Shown here: in pieces, positions 54,271 to 64,000 of the stretch
Position numbering within the stretch: the stretch's first letter is position 1
Layout: the number at the start of each line of letters is the position of its first letter
Origin: Vermamoeba vermiformis
Taxonomy: Eukaryota
DNA length: 64,000 nt
NCBI GenBank assembly: GCA_045837725.1
Contig: JBEWZL010000202.1
Coordinates: 310,001 to 374,000, forward strand
Reading direction: 5' to 3'
Notes under the pieces: generated by a model
What the model saw: the letters and a program-made list of their open reading frames with translations, nothing else
What the model was told of the DNA's origin: nothing
Databases searched by the model: none
Translations under genes and position numbers: made by a program

Positions 54271-57200
54271 CTAATCTTCTATAAGCATCTGGTGCGACTC
54301 AACTACTCTCGATCTCTTGCGCTTTCGTCCGTACAGATCATCGTCGTCAGGAAAGACGCAATTATCAATCTCCACAGTTTTGTTGGCCACGTAGCCAGTC
54401 TTGAGGTCAGGGAAACATGCAGCGAGGGCTACTAACGGCACTTGACAAGCTTCAGGTGCGTCTTTAGGATAGAACGGATCTTCGCCCTTGCCTCGGAAAT
54501 AGGGATGTAAGAAGTAGATTAGCAAGAGTAGGGGGGCAGTTCTACCACGACGATCAGGCTGGACATCTTCAACTTCAGTGTTTTCAGTGTCTTTCGTCAC
54601 AATCCAATCAGGCAATGGCGTGTTCTTATCAGCAATAGCATCAATGTACTGGTGCTTGTCACGACTGGATTGTTGAGACTTGGCACCGAGAAGTTGATCG
54701 AACTCAGTATCGATGACGGGATTTCTTCTTCGTCTATGAAGACCTAGTCTATTTTGAAGGATAAAGCGGCTATTCTCGTCGTTGAACTCTTCTATTTCTT
54801 CATAAGGAGCTTCGCTACGCGTTGGAATGCCCACATTCACTTTCAGGTCCAAGTTTTGCTCTTCGCAAATGAGCTGATAGATCTTCAATTGTCGGAGCAA
54901 GTCACCAGTGTTGGGTGTGCCAATTAACTCGATGGTCTTCAAGTATTCGATGACTCTGTCAAATGGCACGTCCATCACAACATCGCCGGCACGATGGTGT
55001 TGTACTAAGGCCGAGAATTCCTTCCAAAAGTTCACTGTAGCTTCGAGCACGTCACGTGACGCGTCGTGTTCCATTGCAGGAGTCTTGAGCTCGAAGAATC
55101 GGTTGACTTTGACTTCCTCCACATTATTCTTGACTTTGTTTGTCAGCACTCCGGTCGACGGCTCTTGAAGCACAGCTGAACGATGACCAGGTCTCCAATT
55201 ATTCAGCGCCATTTGTCTGAATACGTTACGGAGTTTGTGTTCACTTTGCACAGCCTCAGTGAACACTTGAAGTTGTCGCTCTTGCATGAACACTCGCACC
55301 AAGTCGATGTATCCGTTACGCCATCCGAACCATCTATCGCACATTAGAACACGTTGCCATATTACAGGCTATGATGTATGACTTACCGTTGATGTTGAAT
55401 GGTAGTGTCAGCAACTGATTTCCTCGAAGCACGAGTGTACCATGAGACAGTCAGACCTTCAACTGTCAGGCCACGAGAAAGCATATTGCCACCAATGACG
55501 ATCAAGAAGCGAGGCACTGGCTTGCTTTTAGCTTTACGATCCCCTTCCACTGCTGAGTAGTCGAATGTGCGCATGTTTGTGATGGACTCGCCTCCGCGGC
55601 ACATGGCCGTCTTGATGTGAGTTTCAGTCAGAACTTTCTTGATCTCGTGCAATGAATCTGCCATTGGCGCATCAGGCGAAAGATCGCGCCACACTTCATT
55701 GAGATACTCTGCGTTGTTGACGGCGTTTAAGTGGTTGTTGATGTCCACTACTATGATCGACCAAGCGACAGTCACAACGGCGTGCATGAGCTCAATGAAG
55801 TCTTGATTGAGAGACGAGTGCACCATGCCACTGTGGAACAGAGGCTTTGATGGCGGTGCTTCTTCAAGGGCCTTGGAGAGCTTGTAGAACTTGCCCTTGT
55901 AGTGCAGAATGTGGACGTTCTCGTTCGTGTTGCCAGTCTCGCTCGTGACCGTGTTGAACTTGCCGTTATCAAGAGCGATGTAGAGAACAATACGGTAAGC
56001 AATGAGTTCTTCGATCTTGGCGAGAATGATGGGCTGCTTGAAGTTTGGCTTGTACAACATCTCGGCGTAGTTCGTGTTGAAGTTGTTGAACAGGTTGCGA
56101 AGCTCTTTAGGACTGAGCGAGTAATAGGACTCTTTGCTGTTGTCGAGTTTGTCTTGAAGTCCGTCACGCAAGTCATTCAATGCCTCTTCGTTCTGAGCAA
56201 AAAAACTTAACGGATCGCGAGTGCCTTCTTGTCCCGCAACGATTGCCTATAAAAAGACAAGTCAGCAACGAACTTCCGCGTTCAAATTAAGCAACTAATT
56301 TCTTACATCAAGGTCGTGAGTCTTGCGAGTTCGTTGCAATCGAATGGCTCCAGTGAACACATAGTACGCCAAAAACTTCTTCATGGACTCCGTGGCAGCC
56401 CTTTCATTGACCAACTCTTCCAAAAACTCTCGTTGGAGGCGCGTCAGGCCACTTTTTAGTTCACCAGGTTGGATGTAGTTCTTCAGATCCAAGTTCGGAT
56501 AATCTTCAAACGGGATCAACTTGATGATTCTATTCTTCAATGCTTCGTTCAAGTACATTTGTGAGCCGAGGTAAAGTCCTTTTTGCGTCGAAAGTTCCCA
56601 GAAGAAGTGAGGGAAGAACTCATCGTTGGAGTTGTTCAACACATTCGCTTGAGGAGTGGCAGAGTAACCGACGTAGTGACAGACATCGAGACCGCTCTTG
56701 GACCACAAATGACGAAGACGACGCATGCGCTCTGGGATACCTCTCTTCTCTTCTAACTGGCGCTGAGTGGCAGCAACAGAAGCGTCGTCACATTCGTCGT
56801 CGATGATGAGTGCAGGGCCTGCTAAGAACTCAGCGAGCTTTTCCTTGATCTCGTGTCTGCGTTGAAAGATCTCCGAGTTGTTCTTGCTCGCTCTGTTCCA
56901 AGGAGAGTTTTCAAAGTCGCCTTCAATGAACGAGACGAAGCTTTCAAGTGACTTGGGAACCTTCTTGAGCACGGCAAAGAGCTTGTTCGACTGCAGAAGC
57001 TCATCCACGTCAATGTTCTTGATGTTCTGCACGTCTTCGTCACCCTTCGTGAGCCAGAACATGTAATCGTTGGGCTCCATGTCACCGTTCAAGTCAATGA
57101 GAGTCTCGCCCAGGTCGGACCAAGCACTTTCAGCGTACTCTTCTTCGTTGTCAGTCTCGTAGCTTTCGTCGGTCGAGTCATCACACGTAGAAACACGCTT

Positions 57201-57848
57201 TCTCTTGCGACTAAACAAACGGTGAGTACTATACCACTATTAGAATCGTAGAGGACTTACTCAGGAGTGACGTTTCTGCTCGTTGATGGTGAAGTATTGA
57301 GTCTGTTATTAAGGTTATTAGAGTTAATGGTTGTGTTAAATAGTGGCACTTACTCATCACCGTGCATGGATTCTTGAGTACGAGCCTGGGTCTGGTTGCG
57401 CAGAATGTTGATGCGACCACTCAGTGACATCACCGTCTTGAAGCCCAAGTCGAAGGCAAGAGCTGTGAGCACGGTCATTGACGTGGTTTTGCCGGACTGG
57501 ACCTCGCCGTAGACAAGTCCGTTCGTTGCTTTTGTAGGTGCACACCGCGCGAGGATGTTGAGGGCATTGATAGTAACCAATTGGAACTGATCTGCGGTCA
57601 GAGAAGTACTTCTGGACTTGACACGTTCGAAGTAGGTCCAGTTTGATTTGCGAGCCTTGCACAACAGATCCCGATTCTCTCGCACGCGCTTCAGGAGCAA
57701 AGCCCAATCAAGGTTATCCCACTTTGCAGCAAATGTTTCAATAGGGGCATGAAAGATTTCGTTGATGGTTTCGTTCTGAATGGCTGCGCAAAACGTTAGA
57801 TGTGATCGGGTCACTATCAATATCGAAGGACTTACTTTCGATTTGCAT
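54271..57848 (-). CDS. SF2 helicase-Z1 domain protein, copy 1 (6 exons)
   Basis: GLVYGEVQSGKT, LSGRINILRNQTQ, LIIDDECDDASV, YVGYSATPQAN, YLG and VIGGNMLSRGLTVEGLTVSWYTR...DTTIQHQRWFGWR. Introns 57784-57835, 57303-57353, 57211-57260, 56247-56306 and 55334-55386 all splice in frame. Confidence 0.88.
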
Positions 57849-57933
57849 TGTTATTTGTCGTGTTATTCTTGTCGATTCTAATGCAAATGAAGAGTTTCTA
57901 TTCGCTTTTATGACAAAACCGCGATATTTTGGA

Positions 57934-57970
57934 TCACAAAGTAGAAACTGAGCGAATCACAAAGTTGCTC
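57934..57970 (-). promoter_or_regulatory. Shared upstream element, copy B
   Basis: On the + strand: TCACA (57934) - N18 - TCACAAAGTTGCTC (57957). A TATA-like CATAAAAG lies on the minus strand at ~57905-57912. Confidence 0.6.
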
Positions 57971-58497
57971 CTGCCTGAAAATAGGAACGAGCATCACTTC
58001 GCAGATACCAACGAAGCATGGTACCCTCTGTATTACATTAATTTTCGCTGTGTAAGCAAAAGAATCAGAAAAACCGATCGAGGTGCAGATCTGTGACCCG
58101 AGGCACCTAAAATTAAATTAATCAATAAATATAATAATAACCACTGGTTAATTATAAATAAATGTTCTGCTCGCTTTGTATTAATTTAATAGAAAGCCAG
58201 GGTAAAATTTATTTAATTAAATGGCCTATGAAATCGACTTTATTGGGGATGCACTATCTAAATTTAATATCACAGTACTATTCTACATCGGAAGGACCAA
58301 AGTTACCTCGCACTTTTGGATGCGCAGCAGAGTTTACACGAGTTTCGACTCTCGGATAAGTTACTTAATCGCGAATTCAAATACACGTCATAATATGTGG
58401 TCCATTGCATTGTCTTTATAATCGAAACGTAAAACAAAATCAAATTTATTCGGATCAAGGCAAAATATTTTGACAAAACACAAGCACTGTTGCCATT

Positions 58498-61400
58498 TTA
58501 AGCCGAGTAATCTACATCCATCGATTCTTCTTGATTGCCCTCAGTCTTGGCTCGTTTTCGCTGTCGTTCTTCTGCGTCTCCGTCATTATTCGTGGGATAG
58601 ATGTAGTCGCTACTGCGCACAGTTTTGTTGGCCACGTAACCAGTCTTGATGTTAGGGAAGCAGCCAGCGAGGGCTACTAAAGGAAACTTGCCCGCTTCAG
58701 GTGCGTCCTTGTCGTAGTAATCCTCGCCTTTGGCTTGGAAGCGAGGATGCAAGAAGTAAATTAGCACTAGCGCTGGGGCATCTGAGCCACGATAAGCAGG
58801 TTGTTTGCCATTGGTGTCCTTTGTAATTATCCAATCAGGCAGCGAGCTCTTCTCATCGACTACAGCATCGATGTACTGGTGCTTGTCACGGGCTGACGCT
58901 TGGGACTTGCCACCAAGCAGCTGTTTGAACTCGCTAGTAATGACTGGATTTCGCTTTCTTTTGTGCAAGCCGAGTCTATTCTCCAATATGAATCGACTGT
59001 TTACGTCGGTGAACTCATCCAAGTCCTCTTGCGGAATTCTGTCGCCAAGCGTTGGGACTGCTATGTTCACGATCGGCTCCACGTTCTTTTTTTCGCAAAG
59101 GTGCATGAAGACTTTGATTTGTTTGAGCAAGTCCAAAACATCGGGCATGCCAACTAAGGCGACTTGTTCTAAGAACGTGATGACTTCGTCTATCGGCACG
59201 TTCTTGACTACCTTGCCAGCTCTGTGTTGCACGGGGCTAGACAATTTCCTCCAAAATCCCAATGTTGCTTCGAGCACAGCACGTGAGGCCTCTACTTCTA
59301 GCGCAGGTGTTCTGAGCTCCAATGTGCTGAGTCTAACATCCTCAACGTTGTTCTTGCCTTTGTTCGTCAGCACTCCTTTCGAAGGCTCTTGAAGCACGGC
59401 TGAACGGCGATCAGGTCTCCAATTATGTAGCGCTGTCTGTCTGAATATATCACGGAGGCTTTGCTCACTTTTAACTGCGTCAGTGAACACCTGCACGTGT
59501 CGCTTTTGCATGAACACGCGTACGAGGTCAAAGTAACCATTGCGCCATCCGAACCATCTATCACACATTAGAACACGTTGCCATATTATAGGCTATAATG
59601 TATGACTTACCGTTGGTGCTGGAGGGTAGTATCAGCAACTATCTTTTTTGCCGCACGAGTGTACCATGACACAGTCAGACCTTCAATCGTAAGGCCACGA
59701 GAGAGCATGTTGCCACCAATGACGATCAAGAAGCGAGGCACTGGCTTGCTTTTAGATTTACTACCTCCTTCAACTGCAGAGTAATCAAAGGTTCGCATGT
59801 TCATTATCGACTCTCCTCCACGACACATGGCTGTCTTAATCTTCGTCTCCGCCAACACCTTCTCGATGTCAAGTTTTGAGTTAGCCATCGGGTCCTCCGA
59901 AAGATCGCGCCACACTTCGTCAAGGTACTCGTAAGTGCTGACTCCGCTCAACTGATTTTTGATGTCTTCTTCAACTTTGAACCATGCAATACGAACTGCT
60001 TCGTAAAGGTATTCGATAAAGTCTTGCAAGTGAGACACGTGCACCATTGCGCTGTGGTACAGAGGCCTTGTGGGTTTGGGTTCGTCAAGAGGGCCATTCA
60101 ATCGATAGAACTTGCCCTTGTAGTGCAGAATGTAGGCGTTCTCCTTTGTGTTGCCAGTCTCGCTCGTGACAGTGTTGAACTTGCCGTTATCAAGAGCAAT
60201 GTAGAGAACAACACGATAAGCAATGAGTTCTTCAAGCTTCGCTAGGACGATTCGCTGCTTGAAACTTGGTTCGCTGAACAACTTGGGGTAATTCGTGCTG
60301 AAATTGGTCATAAATTCTACCAATTGATCGAAATTCAGTGAATGATAGTACTCGTGGCTTTTGGTCAGTACTTGTCGAAACACGTTTCGTAGGTTATTTA
60401 ACTCGTCTTCATTGTTTGCGAAGAAGCTTAACGGCTCCCGATCGCCGTCCTGTCCAGCAATAATCGCCTGCAAGGCACGTGAGAAATGGTCGTGCAATGG
60501 ATTAGCACTTACGTCAATGTCATGTGTCGGGCTCGTACGTTGAATCCTAATCGCCCCCGTGAACACATAGTACGCCAAAAACTTGCGCATCGACGGTGTG
60601 GTTTTGTCATCACTATTCAGTGATTGCAAGAACTCCCTTTGAATGGCATTCTGGCTCTTCTTGTCCCCTCCAGCATGCCCCGTTATGACATCGGACTCAT
60701 CCAAGTTCGGATAATCTTCGTACGGGATCAACTTGATGACACGATTCTTCAATTCTTCGTCCAAGTACATTTGTGAACCGAGATAAAGTCCTTTTTGCGT
60801 CGATAGTTCCCAGAAGAAGTGCGGGAAGAACTCGTCGTTGGAGTTGTTCAACACATTCGCTTGAGGAGTAGCGGAGTAACCGACGTAGTGACAGACATTG
60901 GTCCCATTCTTTGGCCATATATTGCGGATACGGCACATTCGTTTTGGGATGCCCTTGGCATTTTCCAACTGACGTGGAGTGGCAGCAACAGAAGCGTCAT
61001 CACACTCGTCGTCGATGATGAGTGCAGGGCCTGACAGGAACTCAGCAAGTTTCTTCTTAATCTCTCTTCTGCGTTGATAGATCTCCGGATTGCTCTTGCA
61101 CGCCCTCTTCCACGGTGAATTCTTGAAGTCTCCCTCGATGAACGAGACGAAGCTTTCGAGTGACTTGGGAACCTTCTTGAGCACAGCGAAGAGCTTCGTT
61201 GAGTGCAAAAGCTCATCCACGTCAATGTCTTTGACATTCTGCACGTCTTTGTCATCCGCAGTCAGCCAATACATGTGATCGTCAGAATCCAGACTTTCAT
61301 TCAAGTCAACGAAAGTCTCGCCAAGATCAGGCCAAGTGCTGTCCGGGTACCCTTCTTCTTCGCTCTCCGTTTCGTCGCTGAAGTAGATTAAATCTTCCGA

Positions 61401-62045
61401 CGATGACCGCTTTCTCTTGCGTCTAAATGGTATTGGTTAAAGAAACCAAGTCAAATAAACCACTTTTTGACTTACGTAGGAGTGACATTTCTGCTCGTCG
61501 GTGGCGAAAAGGGTCTATTGTGACATTAGTTAAAGAATTATGGCTCTAAACAGCGCTTACTCTTCAGCCATAGATTGTTGGGAGCGGTACTGGGTCTGGT
61601 TACGCAGAATGTTGATGCGACCGCTGACTAGCACAACAGTCTTGAAGCCCAAGTCGAAGGCAAGAGCTGCCAACACGATCATTGACGTGGTTTTGCCGGA
61701 CTGGACCTCGCCATATACAAGACCGTTCGTGGCGGATTCAGGAACGAAACGCGCGAGAATGTTGAGGGCGTTGATCGTAACCAATTGGAACTGGTCTGCA
61801 GTCAGAGACGTGTTTCGTGCTTTTACTCGCTCAAAGTAGGTCCACTTGGATTTGACGAACTGATCCGTCTTCCTCTCTCGCACATGTCTGAGATATAAAT
61901 TCCAGTCGTGCGGATCCTGGTCCCACTTGGCAGCGAGGTTTTCAATAGGAGCGTGAAAGATCTCGTTTATCATTTCATTTTGGATTTCTGCAATTTAAAG
62001 TGTCAGATCGAGCTTCGCCCAAGAATGCCATAACTTACTCTCCAT
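58498..62045 (-). CDS. SF2 helicase-Z1 domain protein, copy 2 (6 exons)
   Basis: Same motif series as copy 1. Introns at homologous positions: 61988-62038, 61515-61560, 61423-61475, 60468-60512 and 59558-59610. Confidence 0.88.
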
Positions 62046-62136
62046 TTCTTGAGACTTATTGTGCTTCTATCTCGTCGGCATTGGATAAATAGACGATTTT
62101 GTCGGCACTTTTATGCCAAAAAAACTATTCTTTGCT

Positions 62137-62173
62137 TCACACCGAAAGAATAGGATGAATCACAAGGTTCCTC
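62137..62173 (-). promoter_or_regulatory. Shared upstream element, copy C
   Basis: On the + strand: TCACA (62137) - N18 - TCACAAGGTTCCTC (62160). A TATA-like CATAAAAG lies on the minus strand at ~62108-62115. Confidence 0.6.
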
Positions 62174-62878
62174 TTCCAGGAACAAGGCCACACGTGACGA
62201 CTGACCAATCAAAACAGAGTGCCTCCCGCCCAATTCTGAAGTTTGGAAAAGGAGCTGGCTGACGGCCCCACGATGTCCTCAAACTTGACAATAAGATAGA
62301 TATCTTTGCCTCTGTTGCGCACATTTCATAAAATGCCTGTAACAGTTCAAATCAGCATAATGATAAATGGATTGCCTCGAAGAATGAGAAGCAAAGAGCA
62401 CAAGCAAAGAGCAACTAAAATCATTAAAAAATAAATATTATGAATGTTTATTTATGATTTATTATTATTAATAATACATTATCGACGATAATATCTTTGA
62501 TATAATTATTAATTTAGAAGCATCTATTTCGTGGCTGAGCGTGTGGTAAACGAAAAATCCGTCCGTTGTCCATTATTAATTAAATCATAATAATAATACG
62601 CCTAAATATTCTGCTTACCTCTGTTAAATTACTTGTAATATTTACAACGCAGCATTGTAGTCATCGGCAGCACTTTTTCGATCACAAATCTGAAAATACA
62701 AGAACCCTATTTTTGAGAGAAGAAGGATATGCGTTCTGTGATATTTCTTAATTTATGGGACTAGCATCGGGACGAAATATAAATTGAAAAAGCCTCGTTG
62801 TCATTTTATTTTTTAAGACATGCAACAAGTAGGCAGCAAACCAACTAACGAAGAATATAAGTACAAGTCAGCCTTAAG

Positions 62879-63700
62879 ATGAACCGCGATACTGTTTTGT
62901 ATATGATCAAGAACTTTGTAGACATCAAATCACTTGTTACGGGTTGGATGTCAACGTGCAAGAAATTACGGCGAAAGCTTTTAGAACCAAGCTTCTACAT
63001 CAATGAAAAATTCGTCGAATTAAGAAAAAAATATCCTGTCGTTGATCTATATTTAAAAAGAGACAAAACAAAGCAACTCATCTTCAACCATCCGTTTAAA
63101 TTTTTGTTGGAATGCGAAGAGCTGGAAACAAACACCATTAACAACGCGTGCGAAATGTTAAGACGATTATTTCCGGCCTATGAACATGGCAGCTTGGCAG
63201 GAGTCGACTATTTGCTTCAGACCGCAGAAAGCCAAAAGTTCAAAATGGATGTCAGCGACAACTATGGCCTATTAGTTCCACCTCAATACGCGCAATTTTT
63301 CAGCTTATGTCGCGAATCAAACATCCATCAAGGCGGCCTCCAGTTCATCTTCCCCTCATTTCAACCCTATTGCTGGCGCTACCAAGTATGCGAAGGCCTA
63401 ATGAAATTCGCTAACTGGTCCGATTGCGGATCTGACGGTGCATCGTACTTCTTCTTAATATGCGATATTCATAGCCCTTGGTACGGTCGTCTCATCTACT
63501 ATACGTACCGCCGCGACGGCAATTTCCACGTGCTACCACAACACTGGTCGTTCAATGACTTTTTGCAGCTCCTCGTTGACAACGAACAAGCCACGAAAAT
63601 GCACGTGTTTGGCGCGGTGAAGGTAGAGACCGGCGATGATACTCGAGACATTATTCAACAACCAATCGGACACTTTTGGGAAGAACCATGGCACTTTTAA
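62879..63700 (+). CDS. F-box-like + SMI1/KNR4 (SUKH)-like protein, single exon
   Basis: N-terminal DTVLYMIKNFVDIKSLV...TCKKLR is F-box-like. YGLLVPPQYAQFF, DGASYFFLICD...YGRLIYY and SFNDFL resemble SUKH motifs. Confidence 0.6.
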   Translation: MNRDTVLYMIKNFVDIKSLVTGWMSTCKKLRRKLLEPSFYINEKFVELRKKYPVVDLYLKRDKTKQLIFNHPFKFLLECEELETNTINNACEMLRRLFPAYEHGSLAGVDYLLQTAESQKFKMDVSDNYGLLVPPQYAQFFSLCRESNIHQGGLQFIFPSFQPYCWRYQVCEGLMKFANWSDCGSDGASYFFLICDIHSPWYGRLIYYTYRRDGNFHVLPQHWSFNDFLQLLVDNEQATKMHVFGAVKVETGDDTRDIIQQPIGHFWEEPWHF

Positions 63701-64000
63701 TCACGGCTACTACATGGTAGTGAGATCGTTATTAAAATTAAATAAAAACTTCCTTTAAAATTCGACTATTTAACGCACGTTTTTTAAATCTTACTCGTCT
63801 CTATCATTTGCAAATAATTCACTAAGTGACTCGACTTTTTCAACTCCGAATATATCATAGCTATTAACGTCGAATTTGAACGGCTTACTGCCAAAGTTGA
63901 ACTCGATGACTGCAATAATACAACGTCAGTCACTATGAAGTCTAATCAGCAAAGTTATTATTACAACGCACCTGCTTCTTGTCGTGCGGCAACGACCGGA

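Noticed and set aside
60468-60512. DVSANPLHDHFSRAL as an OTU-like N-terminal motif
   Set aside because: This stretch is the intron homologous to copy 1 intron 56247-56306, so it is probably not protein.
54271-62045. Bacterial contaminant or prophage-derived segment
   Set aside because: Each gene has five GT-AG introns with host-type branch sites, and the flanking genes are eukaryotic.

Overview
Compact, intron-rich eukaryotic DNA. Short GT-AG introns with CTRAY-like branch sites and the gene content suggest a free-living protist, plausibly an amoebozoan (the taxon is inference). The window holds about 27 protein genes. Housekeeping genes: DDX1, BUB3, PEX6, proline dehydrogenase, a Rab18-like GTPase, a TRAPP-II-like subunit and a WIP/verprolin-like protein. 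Also present are a giant lysine/valine/aspartate-rich repeat protein running off the left edge, a divergent actin, and four F-box proteins with different C-termini (EF1A-like, LRR, ankyrin, SMI1/KNR4). The right-hand 14 kb (about 49.4-63.7 kb) is the most unusual part. It carries two tandem, fully spliced (5 shared introns) paralogs of the bacterial SF2-helicase/Z1-domain defence-associated protein, now bearing basic NLS-like motifs. Beside them lie a head-to-head pair of receptor kinases (one with an LU/three-finger-like ectodomain and a non-RD kinase), a degenerate SH2 protein and an F-box-SUKH gene. Three of these genes share an upstream TCACA-N18-TCACAARGTTNCTC element. Separately, a tRNA-shaped ncRNA candidate at 29730-29843 has a compensatorily rewired D/T-loop elbow and a structured insert in place of a normal anticodon loop. 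All assignments come from reading motifs by eye; no database searches were run.
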